This document shows, piece by piece, positions 42,533-54,114 of a stretch of DNA of 64,000 nucleotides. Position numbers and translations under genes: made by a program. Under the pieces are notes generated by a model. That model made no database searches. It had not been told where the DNA came from and saw nothing but the letters and a program-made list of their open reading frames with translations. Position 1 is the first letter of the stretch. Each line of letters starts with the position of its first letter. Source of the stretch: an uncultured bacterium (GTDB lineage: Bacteria; Verrucomicrobiota; Verrucomicrobiia; Limisphaerales; UBA8199); contig CAVVMW010000001.1 in NCBI GenBank assembly GCA_963749495.1, positions 512,001 through 576,000 of the forward strand, in the 5' to 3' direction.

Positions 42533-42853
42533 TCAGGAGGCCCGCTCGATTTCCAGCCATTGCAGCAAGGCGTCCTCGATCTGGCGGACCTGCGCCTCCG
42601 TCATCCGGCCCAGACGCCTTTGCGCGCGAGGCGTCGGCACGGTCGCGGGACTTTGCACCAGGAACGCTCCGGGCTTAAGGAAGGGCAGTGGGACATGGAT
42701 TTCAAATCGCGAGTCTCGCAGCGTGGTGGTGTGGGGGATGACCGTAATCAAGTCGCGGTCATTGGGGCCGGCAGGGCCGCTCAGCACAACAGCCGGCCGG
42801 ACCTTCTCGATCATCCCCAGGTCCACCAGCCAGACCTCACCGCGAGCCGGCAC
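42533..42853 (-). CDS. PemK/MazF-family toxin
   Basis: RGEVWLVDLG...K.RPAVVLS, VIPHTT, LG.M......IE.AL. Confidence 0.88.
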   Translation of the reverse strand: MPARGEVWLVDLGMIEKVRPAVVLSGPAGPNDRDLITVIPHTTTLRDSRFEIHVPLPFLKPGAFLVQSPATVPTPRAQRRLGRMTEAQVRQIEDALLQWLEIERAS

Positions 42854-43055
42854 GCTCTTCCTCCTCGCCGAGCGCCGCGAAGGTGACGCGGGCGGTTTCG
42901 GCAATGTCCTCGTCCTTCAGTGGTTGACCGTAGAGTTCACCGGACGGCTTTGCGGCGAGCCTCCGCTCCAATTCCCGGCACAACGCCCGTTGTTCGTCCG
43001 GGGACAGTCCCTCAAACTGTTCCAAAATCGCCTCAGCCTTCGCGCTCATGCTCAT
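42837..43055 (-). CDS. Putative antitoxin for the MazF-like toxin
   Basis: Small acidic ORF upstream of and overlapping the toxin. Confidence 0.7.
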   Translation of the reverse strand: MSMSAKAEAILEQFEGLSPDEQRALCRELERRLAAKPSGELYGQPLKDEDIAETARVTFAALGEEEERAGSR

Positions 43056-43472
43056 AACAATACCCCCCGCCGGTCGCACCGACAAGACTTGATTCGCCCG
43101 CCGTCGGCGCTCGGGTGCCGGACAAAATAGTAACCATTAGACCTGTTCATTTCCGCGTGTTCCGCGTATTCCGCGGTTCATTCTTCTTTGGAGCTTTGCT
43201 AGCCTCGCCGGCCATGAAAAGCCAGGCAGAATCCTGAGGGCAACCGCGGAATGCGCGGAGTACGCGGAAAGAGGGCCTTTTCCCGCGTGTTCCGCGTATT
43301 CCGAGTATTCCGTGGTTTCCTCTTCGGTTGCGGCTGCGCTGCTCTGCGTTCCTTGCGTCTCTGCGGTTTGAGTGGGCATCCCCAGGACCGAAACCGTCCA
43401 CAGTCCGGAGCGCGTTGTGGCGGGTGGGTGCAGGTCTTGCCGTTCGCGGCCATGATGTGCTAGATTCCGGCC

Positions 43473-43676
43473 ATGAGCAGTATCGCTGAAATTGAAAATG
43501 CCATTGAAAAGCTGGCCGCCGCACAGGTGGATGAACTGGCTGGCTGGCTGGAAGCGTTTCGCGTGAGGCGAGCCCCGCCCTCGCCGGTTGAAAGCTGGTT
43601 GCAACGGGCCCGCGGCGCCGCTCTTCCCGGCGAGACGACAGCGAGGGTAATGGCCCTTACCCGGGGCGAGGAATGA
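43473..43676 (+). CDS. Small antitoxin-like protein
   Basis: MSSIAEIENAIEKL...VMALTRGEE; ATGA-coupled to a PIN-toxin remnant. Confidence 0.65.
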   Translation: MSSIAEIENAIEKLAAAQVDELAGWLEAFRVRRAPPSPVESWLQRARGAALPGETTARVMALTRGEE

Positions 43677-43764
43677 GCGGATTGAGAAGCGGACCCTCAT
43701 CACGCGGGACGCCGCCCGCTATCGCACTTATTTTCCGAACGTTCTCCTCATCGCCCCGACTTGA
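43673..43764 (+). pseudogene. Internally deleted PIN/VapC toxin
   Basis: ATG-SGL joined out of frame to TLITRDAARYRTYFPNV.LIAP*, a VapC C-terminal motif. Confidence 0.7.
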
Positions 43765-44084
43765 TGCGGCATCAGACGTTTGCCAGTAGAGCTTTCCATG
43801 AGCCGCCGTGGAACCCGCAGGGTTTTGGACTGCGCCAGTCCTCTGGCGCTTTCGCATTCACAGGGGTCCGAAAAGCGGCAGAGGACTGCCGCAGTCCAAA
43901 ACGCTTCGCGATGTGGGCTGCGGCACGATCGCGGGACTTTGTGCCAGGAACGCTCCGGGCTTATACACGACGCCATAATTTGTTGCGCATCCGATGCACC
44001 CTGGTTGTGAACAGCAGGAAACGGAGGAAACGGAGAATCCCGGCGCGGTGCCGGGATTGCCTCAGTTTCCTCCTGTTTGAAGCC

Positions 44085-44418
44085 ATGCGCCATCAATTAC
44101 GGCGCGATCCAAAGGTCTGCCATGGGCAACCAACGTTTCGGGGCACGCGAATTCTGGTCGCCGATGTGCTCGAACAGGTCGCCAGCGGCATGGCCTGGGA
44201 GAGCATCATCGAGGAATGGCGAGGCGGCGTCAGCGCCGGAGCCATTGCCGAGGCGGTGCGGACAGCCGGAGAAACCTTTCTTCCGGCGCCTCCTGCGCCA
44301 CAGCGGCTTCGCTGCCCAGTCCAACCGAATGGGGGCAGTCCTCCGCCTCACCCACACCGGCCTGGCCGTCTGGCGGCTCCAGGCGGAGCGTGAGCGTCGC
44401 CTTGCGCGGCCGGGCTGA
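44085..44418 (+). pseudogene. DUF433 antitoxin fragment fused to a remnant of its downstream partner
   Basis: DPKVCHGQPTFRGTRI.V..VLE..A.G DUF433 signature; no normal stop. Confidence 0.7.
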
Positions 44419-44656
44419 ACCCCGTGCCATGCCGCCACGGCCTGCCGGAGTTAATCACTCCAGGGCCTTCGGCAGTTGGAGGACCCCAACGACCTCCGCA
44501 GCATCCGCCTCCGCGATGCCCTCCCCAACTACTTCGGCCGGCGAAACCAGGATTCCATTGGCTTGTGACCAAGCGGCCGGTCCTTCTTCATCACGTGTGA
44601 TTGCACCGATGCGGATTTGCGCTTGATTTGTCCCACCGCAGCTATAACATTTCTAT

Positions 44657-44938
44657 ATGAAGACGTGCACGTACCCCGTCGTTCTCAAAGGCGAATTGCT
44701 CGAGGAACTGCGCCAAACCGCCAAAGCGACCGGGCTTTCAGTTGCGGATTGCATCCGCCAGGGCGCTAAACTGGGGCTGCCACAGTTGCGCGAACAGCTT
44801 GCGGCCGCCCAAGCCAGGGTTACCAACGTGAATCCGCTTCCGGCCAAGGTGGCCAGGGCGCTCTACGCTCAACCGGATGATGACGCCGAGGCGATCCAGC
44901 TCTTCATGGCGGCCCAGTCCAAAACCGTTGAGGAATGA
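44657..44938 (+). CDS. Ribbon-helix-helix-like antitoxin
   Basis: TYPVVL..ELLEEL...AKATGLSVADCIRQ; ATGA overlap with toxin. Confidence 0.7.
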   Translation: MKTCTYPVVLKGELLEELRQTAKATGLSVADCIRQGAKLGLPQLREQLAAAQARVTNVNPLPAKVARALYAQPDDDAEAIQLFMAAQSKTVEE

Positions 44939-45261
44939 GAGCCTGGGACATTTATACCGGCAACCTCTTCGGCCCTCACCCGTGCGTACTAGTCTCTTGC
45001 CAGGCCAGGATTGACCGGAAGCCCCAGGTGGTGGTGCTAAAATGTACCTCCATGACGCCCGGGCAGGAACGGCTGCCCAAAGAGAACGAGGCCGTCCTGG
45101 ACCAGGAGGATGGGCTAAACTGGAAAACCCTTTGCCGGTGCGACCTGCTCTTTACCGTGGACAAGTCCAGTCTCACAAACAAGCGGGGTGCCGTTACCTT
45201 CGAACGGAGGCGGGACATCGCCCGGAAGATCCTCCGCGGACTCGCAATAGCCGGGCTGTAA
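44935..45261 (+). CDS. PemK/MazF-like toxin
   Basis: WDIY...HPCVLVS, DGL...T...CD.L.TV.K..L...RG.V. Confidence 0.75.
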   Translation: MRAWDIYTGNLFGPHPCVLVSCQARIDRKPQVVVLKCTSMTPGQERLPKENEAVLDQEDGLNWKTLCRCDLLFTVDKSSLTNKRGAVTFERRRDIARKILRGLAIAGL

Positions 45262-45539
45262 CCCCGGGCAACTCCTCAGATGCCGTAAATCCCTTGGGAT
45301 TTCGGATGACTTCTTGCTTGTATCTGGAGCAGATATGCTCATGATGCGAGAAGCCGAAGCCGATTTTTCTCACATCCCTGTAAAGTGCGCGGCTTCGATG
45401 AATCAGAAACATGGGGCTGAGGCAACACAACCCTCTGTTGATGAATCGAAGCCCGGAAAGGCAGTTCCGGCTTCCCTTGGGGGATGGGTTTGCCCGTGAA
45501 CGCGCGGACTCCGCGGCGCAAGTGCGGTTGGCGCAGCCC

Positions 45540-45730
45540 GGGTGTTCGTTGCTCGACTTGGGCGCCTTGCTGGCGGATTTGGAGGACCTGCTGCGCTGCC
45601 GCGTGGATCTCGTGACCGACGATGGCCTTAAGCCGCGCCTGCGTGAACGGGTGCTCCGGGAAGCCATTCCGCTATGAGGGACTTCCGAGATCGGCTGCAC
45701 GACATCCTTGACGCCATTGCCCGGATTGAT
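45540..45730 (+). pseudogene. Fragment of an MNT-HEPN(DUF86) pair (MNT 3' end plus HEPN 5' end)
   Basis: SLLDL...LEDLL..RVDLVT...LKPRLRERVLREAIPL* coupled by ATGA to MRDFRDRLHDILDAIARI. Confidence 0.75.
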
Positions 45731-46275
45731 ATCGGGGTCTGTCGCATTCTCAGCCAATTCCCGGCTGGTCAACCGCCCTTTTCAGCACCGCTCAGTTCCT
45801 CAGGCCATTACCGGCCGATAAAACTGGCCGCTTGAACTCGCCGGCACCCGAGCCAGGCGACGCTCGGACGCCCGCACGGTCCCAGCGCCGGCCCTGCACG
45901 AAAAATCCTTGCAACCTCGGCCTTCCTTTTCCTCTTTACTTAAATGGAGGCCCGTAGCCTCCACACGAAATCGCTGCCCGTTCCAAAATGCGAACGGCTG
46001 AGAATCCTGAGAGAACTGTTGGAAAACCGCTTGACAGCAGGGCACATCCATGCGCGAATGGCAACGCTGCGCAAAGAATTCAAATGGGCACGTCTTATTT
46101 CAATCGGGACAGCGGGACTCCGGGCCCTCGGTGGCGACCGGGGCGTGGAGATCACCGCGTCAAATCCAAATAAACTGGCCCGACACGGATGACAGATTTC
46201 ACGCTTGGACATTCGACCCGTGAGGCGCCGAACGAAAACGTTCAGGAAACTAAACCATCAACTGATAGGGGACCC

Positions 46276-49200
46276 ATGAAAATGATCGCCAGAATGACTG
46301 CTCTCCCGATTTTCTGCTTGGCCCTCGCCAGCTCATCGTGTCTGCATGCCGCCATCACCACTGACCAAGCGCTGGTCTGGATCCGCAACACGTGGAACGT
46401 CGCCGATCTTTCCGACCAGGCATTGACCCAGACGCTCGGTTTGTCTGACTCGGGAAATTCCTCAACAGCCTCCTACATGGGCTGGATCGACTTTTTCGTG
46501 AATGCGCCCTCTTATCTGGACCCGCTAGCCAGAGGAGATTATTCCCAGGCGGCCCAAAACGCCATGAGCTACGCGGAGGACGCGGCTTTCAACCAACTGA
46601 CTTCCGCAGCGGGACTGGATGCGGTAGTCGCCCCGGCAGAGTTGGCAGTCTTGCCGCTTCAACTCGGCCTGGACGCCTTTTCCGCTTTGCTCAACGAGGA
46701 CGCGTTCTGGTACGAGCGGAATCTATATTTTCAGGCCCGCAGTGCCGGCAACTCTGCGGATGCTATTCTCAACCTCGGCGATGGAGACCTTCTCAACAAC
46801 GTCAACATCACAAAGTTCAACGGCTGGCTCTGGTCGGAAAATGGAGTGCAGTTCAACGGAGTGCCAGGCATGACTTGGGCGCAATTTTACGCTTACGCAG
46901 ACAATCTCTACTTGGCCAACCAGACCTATCCCTCTGGCTTCAACGCCGCGATACAGCAGATCGGGGCGGACTTTCGAAACGATGCCCAATCCACTCCGCC
47001 CACTCCGCCGACAATTGTTTTGGGCCCCGCCAGCATTACAGTTTCGGTCGGAACCTCGGCTGGCTTTACCGTGGTCGCTAACGGCACCTGGCCGCTGCAC
47101 TACCAGTGGCAGCTAAACGGCGTTGATATACCCGGTGCCAATGGGTTCGTTTGCACCACCCCGCCGGTCCAAGCTTCTAACAACGGCGACCAATACACCG
47201 TGCGCGTAAGCAACGCACAGGGCGCCCGGACAAGCGATGCGGCCACCCTCACGGTGAGCGGGACGACCCCGACTGGCGTTTCCATCAGCAGCCTCAGCCC
47301 GAACCAGCTCCAGCCGCTCCCTTCGCCTCAGACACAAACGCTCCATATTTACGGTTCCGGTTTCACCAGCAGTTCCACGCTGGTTTTCACGCACGGCACG
47401 TCGGTCTTCAACTCGGTTGCGGCGCGCTTGACCTTTGTGAGCGCCAACGAACTGGATTACGACATCATCGTGGACGGCGCGCAGGGCGACTGGACCGCTA
47501 AGGTCGTTAAGGGCTCGCAGGAGTCGAACCCCTGGCATTTTACCGTCGCTGCGCCGCCGCCGCCGTCCAGCGGCTCGCTCACGGTGAGCCTCCAGCCAGC
47601 GGGCGCGATCTCGGCAGGCGCGCAGTGGCAGGTGGACAGCGGCATTTACCGCAACAACGGGGACACCGTCACCGGCCTCGCGCCAGGTGTGCACACGGTT
47701 TCCTGCAAAGCCGTCGCCGGCTACACCACGCCTGGCAACCGATCCGTCACCATCAATGGCGGCACCGTCACCAGCGACACCGAGACATACAGCGTCGTCG
47801 CGCCGACCACCTACACCCTCACGCTCAATCAGGCCGGCAGCATAGGTTCCATTTCGCCCTCGCCGTCCGGCACGTGGAATGGCAGCGCGTATGTTTACAG
47901 CGCCGGTTCCGTCGTCCAGCTCACCGCGAGTGCCAATTACGGCTACCACTTCATTGGATGGGGCGGGGACCTCAGCGGGACGGCATCGCCAACCCCCATC
48001 ACGATGGACGGGAACAAAGCCGTCACTGCCAACTTCGCGTCCGGTGATCCGCGGCTAGGCACGGTCATTGTCACCATTCAACCTCCGACAGCGGCTGCGG
48101 CGGGCGTCACTTGGGGGTTCAATGCCAATGACTTTCGCGCTAGCGGTTCCAGCTACACAACCTTTCCCCAGACCTACATCCTGACGATCCACCCGGTGGA
48201 TGGCTGGTTCGGTCCATCCAGTGTGGTGTTCGGCACGGTGACGGCGGGGCAGACCACCAACATCACCGTCACGCTCACGCCGGACACTACACCGGGCTTT
48301 CTGACTGTTACGCTATCGCCTCCGGGGGCGGTGACGGCAGGCGCGAAATGGCACGTCAATGGTGGCGCGCCTCAAGGCAACGGCGCCTCTGTTTCTCTGC
48401 CGCCTGGCGCGAACTATAGCGTCACGTTCGATTCCGTTCCCGGTTGGATCGCTCCGGCGACGGAAACCGCTCAAGTCAGTCTCGCTCAAACGACGGTGGT
48501 CGCCGGCAACTACACGCCGCTTCCCGGACAACCGAGCATCGTGAGTGTGCGGCCAAGTGTGGGGACATTGGCGGGCGGTACGCCCATGACAATCCAAGGG
48601 TTCAACTTCACCCCGCCCGCCACGGTGCTGGTGGGCGGCCAGCGGGCATCGAACGTCACCGTACTGAGCGCGTCGCAAATTACCTGCATGACGCCGTCCA
48701 ATTCGGTCTATGGCACCGCAGCCGTCGTCGTCCAAACCGCTAGCGGAAACACAACTAATTTGAACGGTTTCGCCTATGGCGTGCCGCGTGGAACTGGGAT
48801 TGAACTGGCCGGAAGCATCGGCGGTTGGGTCAACGCGCTGGCTGCGCAAGGCAGCTACTGTTACTTCGGCGAAGGAAGCACGTTCGTCGCCTTGGACGTC
48901 TCGAATCCCGCCACGCCTACGCCTATTGGTCGTCTCGCAATGCCGGGACTGATCCAAGACATTGCGCTGTTCGCAGCCTCTGGGCACCTATACGCTGCCG
49001 TGGCGGACGATGACGCTGGGGTGCAAATCGTCGACGTCACAACCCCGAGCGCACCCGCGTTGCGCAGCTATTACAACACCGGCGATGACGCGTTCGGTGT
49101 CTGCGTGTTGGGAGGCTATGCTTACGTCGGCAACGGAAATAGCGGCCTCCTTGTCTTGGATATCTCCGACGCCACCAAGGTGCAGCTTGTCGGCGCAGTC

Positions 49201-51892
49201 TCGACTGGAGGGTTCGCCAGCAAAATGGTGCTTGCAGCATCAGGCAACGGCCTCCTCGCTTATCTCGCCAACGGTGGTGCGTTGCTCATAGTGGATGCCA
49301 GTGACCCTCGCAACCCCACTCTGCGGGGTCACACTGGGCAACTGGCTGATGCGTCTGTTCCGAACTCCGTCGCTGTGTCGGGCAACCGTGCATTTCTCGC
49401 AGATGGTATCACCCCGCTCCAGGCTGTCGACACGAGCAATCCGGACAGTCCTCAGGCGCTGGGGGCAGCATCACCGTATAACGATAGCCCAGACGCTGTA
49501 GCGACTGCGGGAGGGCGAGTTTTCACGTTCGGCAGCCTGGGCCTCACGGTTTACGATATCGTCGCAGGCTCACTCCTTCACCCCCGCGGGAACATCCATA
49601 GCAGCCAGACATCCTTTGGCAACACGATGACTGTCCTTGGAACCTCCGCCTTCTGTGCAGGCGGCGAAAACGGCGTTTACATCTACTCCGTTGGAGCGCC
49701 AGACAATCCGACGCTGAGCGGGAGTTCCGGTGCAACAGCGGGATCTTACAACTCAGTTGCAGTTAACGGCAACTACGCCTATCTCGCGACACAGAACAGC
49801 GGTTTGAAGGTGTTTGGTGTAAGTGATCCGGCCAACCCCACCTTGCTGTCCCAGCTAGCCTCAGGAGGCGGAACCAAAGTCATCTACCGCTCGAACCGAG
49901 CGTACGTGGGTGGAAGCCGAATTAAGATACTCGATGTGACGAAAGCCGATCAGGCGCCCATAGTGTTGGGCGCCAGCTCCCAGCCAATTCTATGCGTTTG
50001 ATTTCTACTTGGTCGGCAATTCCATCATGGCGGCAGGCTTCGACACAACCTTCACGCCGTACAAGCCCGCCATCGCTGTTTTAGATGCCAGCAACCCAGC
50101 CTCCATCACCATTCAACCTCCGCTGTATTTCTCAACGCAAAACGGAGGTGCTGGGCCAGTCGCCGGAAACGACACAACTGCTTGTGCCGCCGTGCCACTC
50201 TCGACGGGCAACGGCAGCTCCCTCGCGGTGGTAAACATCAGCGATCCCAACAACCTGCGGCAGACGGGTCAGTTGCCTGACATTGGCGTCGTCCGCACGA
50301 TGCGCTTGGCACCCAACAATCGCTATCTGCACGTCGGGTGCCAGCAGACCGACCTTAGTTGGAAGATATTTGACCTGGCCGACACCAGTTCGCCGCTGCT
50401 GGTCAGTTCGAATTATCTTGGCGTAGCCGTTTTCGGGTTCGACTTTTCTGGCACTACGGCCTACCTCGCTGCCGGGAAGAGCATTTTGGTCTACGATGTG
50501 ACCGATCCTGCCCATCCTCTCCTGCTTCGTTCATACAGCACGCCACGGGTTGCGTTTGACGTCAGAGTATCGGGAGACGCCCTCTATGTCGCAGACGAGC
50601 GAGGCGGGTTCGTTCTGTTGGAGCTCACGGACATTGACCCGCCCGAAGTCTTGATTACGACGCCCACCTTCTCCGCGGCCTATACGAACATGACCGGGAC
50701 TCTGAACCTCGGTGGCGCCGCAGATGACAACCTCGGGCTTGTGCCGGGCACGGTCACTCACGTTTCTTGGTCCAATAGCCAGGGCGGAGGCGGCGATGCC
50801 TCCGGGACGACAAGTTGGTTGGTCAACAGCATTACCTTACAGCCCGGCACGAACATTCTCACCGTCACTGCCTTCGACGTTGCGGGCAACAGCGGCAGCG
50901 ACACGTTAACGGTGATTTACCAATCGCCCAAACAGAACCAGGGCATCGCCTTCCCCGCGGTCGCGAACTGCACCTTTGGCGCCCCACCGGTCCCGCTGGT
51001 GGCGGCGGCCAGTTCCGGCCTGCCCGTCAGTTTCAATGTCCTCGCCGGCCCGGCGAGCTTGTCGAACAACGTGCTGCGTCTGCTTGGCGCAGGGGCCGTG
51101 ACGGTGGAAGCCAGCCAACCGGGAAACGACTCGTTCAACCCGGCTCTGCCGGTGGATGTGAGCTTCAATGTGGCCAAGGCGGACCAGGCAATTGCCTTTG
51201 CCTCCGTCCCGGATAAGTCGGCGGGCGATCCGACGTTCGCCCTGAGCGCCACGGCTAGTTCGGGTCTGCCGGTGTATTTCGACATTGTCTCCGGCCCCGC
51301 GCTGCTTAACACCAACAACGTCGTCGGTCTACTCGGCGGTGGCACGGTGACGGTGAGCGCCTGGCAACCTGGCAACTCGAATTACAATGCCGCTGCGACG
51401 GCTCAACGCAGTTTCAACGTCGCCAGGATTCCTCAAACGATCACCTTCGGTCCGTTGAGCCGGCAGACGGTTGGCGACGCCCCCTTCCCCCTGGCGGCGA
51501 CAGCCAACTCCGGTCTGCCCGTGGGCTTCTCCATCGTTTCCGGTCCGGCGGTGCTGAGCGGAGACGTCCTGACGTTGACCGGAACGGGTTTGGTCACGCT
51601 GCGCGCCTCTCAGTCCGGCAACGGGATGTATGCGGCGGGGGATGTGGACCAGTCCTTCATGGTTGTGAGCGGCGTCAACAGGATCACCGATTGGGGACAG
51701 GGCGCGGACGGTAGGTTCCACTTCACTTTTGCAGGCGAATTCGGCCGGCAGTATGTGATCGAGCTTTCGAGCAACCTGGCCAACTGGACAGCGCTGGCCA
51801 CCAACACGGTGGACAGTCTTGGGAATATCCAATTCACCGACACCACGGTGGCCCGTTCTGGAGCCCGCTTTTATCGCGTCGTCGCACCATAG
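46276..51892 (+). CDS. Giant secreted multidomain surface protein (~1870 aa; frameshift near 49990)
   Basis: Signal peptide, unknown helical domain, Ig-like, PEGA-like repeats, InlB-B-like repeat, IPT/TIG, LVIVD-type beta-propeller repeats, Q.I.F Ig repeats, C-terminal SSNLANW...RFYRV module. Confidence 0.85.
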
Positions 51893-51960
51893 GGATCAGC
51901 CAGGCGGTCAAATCATTGCCGGCCGACAACTACACTGGGGCGCGGACTCCGCGATTTCAT

Positions 51961-52408
51961 CAGTCCGGAGCGCGTTGTGGCGGGTGGGTGCAGGTCTTGC
52001 CGTTCGCGGCCATGATGTGCTAGATTCCGGCCATGAGCAGTATCGCTGAAATTGAAAATGCCATTGAAAAGCTGGCCGCCGCACAGGTGGATGAACTGGC
52101 TGGCTGGAAGCGTTTCGCGTGAGGCGAGCCCCGCCCCCGCCGGTTGAAAGCTGGTTGCAACGGGCCCGCGGCGCCGCTCTTCCCGGCGAGACGACAGCGA
52201 GGGTAATGGCCCTTACCCGGGGCGAGGAATGAGCGGATTGAGAAGCGGACCCTCATCACGCGGGACGCCGCCCGCTATCGCACTTATTTTCCGAACGTTC
52301 TCCTCATCGCCCCGACTTGATGCGGCATCAGACGTTTGCCAGTAGAGCTTTCCATGAGCCGCCGTGGAACCCGCAGGGTTTTGGACTGCGCCAGTCCTCT
52401 GGCGCTTT
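51961..52408. repeat. 450-bp direct repeat, copy 2 (antitoxin frameshifted by a 4-bp CTGG deletion)
   Basis: Matches 43401-43852 apart from the deletion and at least one substitution. Confidence 0.92.
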
Positions 52409-52515
52409 TCAGGCTCTGGGGCCAGGCCCTGGACGGCCCCAGCCCCCGCACCCCCTGATGCTCGGAGCTCGGGGCTTCCGCCACGTCCCCAGCGCTTCGC
52501 AATGTGGGCCGCGCC

Positions 52516-52785
52516 GGGGGCGATTAAAACTGTCGGTCAGCTCACGGCGCCTATTTGCCCCGACGGGGCTTCCGACAATAGCCCGGCGTTTCAACGCCGG
52601 GTGAGCGGACCCAAGGAGCAGGTCCGTCCCGGAGGGACGGCTGAAAGCAAGGAGTGTTTTCAGTCGTCCCTTCGGGACGAAGGTCCCTTTTGCGGCCTCC
52701 CCGGCGTTGAAACGCCGGGCTATTCTCAGATGTCCCTCCGGGACAAAACTCCCGAGGCGCATGCCCGACGCTTTTAATCGCACCC
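52516..52785. mobile_element. 270-bp MITE carrying a REPIN core, copy 2 (inverted)
   Basis: GGGGGCGATTAAAA ... TTTTAATCGCACCC; 9-bp flanks GGCCGCG(C/T)C. Confidence 0.8.
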
Positions 52786-52813
52786 GGCCGCGTCTCCCGC
52801 GCCCACCGCTCGA

Positions 52814-53716
52814 TCAGGCCTCGGCCAGCACGCGGTTGATGCGCAGGATGGCCTCGTCGACCTTGTCGATGCTCTTCAAACCGATGACGATGGCGCTGAG
52901 CTCGGGACGGGACATAGCGAAGCGGATGGACTTCTCGCGGTCGCTCGCGTCGGTGAAATCGCCGTTGCCGATGATCTTCATGCCGATGACGCCGCGGCCC
53001 TTGGCGCGCATGGTCTTGAGTTCGGCCAGGACCGGCTCAATGTCGTTGCCGGTCGCGTTCCAGTCCTGGGTCATGCCATCGATGTGCTTGGCCTGGGGAT
53101 TGACCCGCACCAGGTGCACCTCCGTCCACGAGGAGGCGGCCGCCGCGCGCAGGGCCGGCAGGCTGTGGCAGGAAACGCCCTTGGCCCGAATCCATTTCTT
53201 GTCCTTGGCCTGGTCGAACGCGTCCATAATGCGCTTCCATTCATCGGTCCAGCCGTCCTTGACCATGCAATGGATGAGCATGCTGTCCACATAATCGGTG
53301 TCGAAGACCTTGCGGTGTTTGTCGATGGCCGCGAGCGCGTCCTCGGGCTTGCCGCCGATCTTGGACTGGATGAAGAGCTTCTCGCGAGGCAGGCCCTTGA
53401 TCGCTCCGCCCAGCCATTGGAACGTGGCATAGCCTTGGGCGCAATCGAAGTAGGTGATGCCCTGGTCATAGGCGTAGTGGATGAGTTTGTTGAAGCCCTC
53501 CCGGCCCAGGGCCTCCTGCACGTGCCCGCTGTTGGTGCCGGCGCCGAAACCGAGCCGGCTCAGCTTGAGACCGGTGTTGCCGAGCGTGACCTGGTCGGTC
53601 GCCGTGCGCTTGGCGGCTTGCTGGGCCAATGCATCGTGCGAGGCCAGCCAGAGCCCGCCGGCGGCGGCGACGGACCGTTCCAGGAATTGGCGGCGGCTGA
53701 GGAGAGAAGTCTTCAT
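52814..53716 (-). CDS. Tat-exported aldo/keto reductase
   Basis: SRRQFL; LGNTGLKLSRLGFG, GITYFDCA..Y, REKLFIQSK, GVS.H. Confidence 0.9.
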   Translation of the reverse strand: MKTSLLSRRQFLERSVAAAGGLWLASHDALAQQAAKRTATDQVTLGNTGLKLSRLGFGAGTNSGHVQEALGREGFNKLIHYAYDQGITYFDCAQGYATFQWLGGAIKGLPREKLFIQSKIGGKPEDALAAIDKHRKVFDTDYVDSMLIHCMVKDGWTDEWKRIMDAFDQAKDKKWIRAKGVSCHSLPALRAAAASSWTEVHLVRVNPQAKHIDGMTQDWNATGNDIEPVLAELKTMRAKGRGVIGMKIIGNGDFTDASDREKSIRFAMSRPELSAIVIGLKSIDKVDEAILRINRVLAEA

Positions 53717-53845
53717 GTTGATACTCCGTTGAGCGAGGTTATAAAACGGCTGCACTGTTTGATTCAGGCATCACGGCCTCCAATGTACCAGGCCAATGCG
53801 CCACAGTCAACAGGAGCGGAGTGAATGCGGAGTGAGGAGTGGGGG

Positions 53846-54066
53846 AATGACGAATGACGAATGACGAATGACGAATGACGAAGCGGCGGGGCGGTGTCGG
53901 GATGCACCCAGTGCGGAGTGCGGAGTGCGGAGTGCGGAATGGGGGAATGACGAATGACGAATGACGAATGACGAATGACGAAGCGGCGGGGCGGTGGCGC
54001 AGCGCAGGTTTCCAAACACGGAACACACGGAAAAGGCCCGTTCCGTGTGTTCCGTGTGTTCCGTGG
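53846..54066. repeat. Heptamer arrays (GAATGAC)5 twice, (GTGCGGA)4 and an ACACGGA / TTCCGTGTG 9-mer hairpin
   Basis: Read directly, between divergent genes. Confidence 0.9.
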
Positions 54067-54114
54067 TTAAAAAAACGCTTTGCCCCGCCTGTCGTTTTGG
54101 GGCGTAATCACGGC

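Larger units (their letters stand above)
43401..43852. repeat. 450-bp direct repeat, copy 1
   Basis: Nearly identical to 51961-52408. Confidence 0.92.

Noticed and set aside
42533..45730. Integron cassette array
   Set aside because: No tyrosine integrase in the window, mixed orientations, and no convincing RYYYAAC...GTTRRRY attC sites seen.
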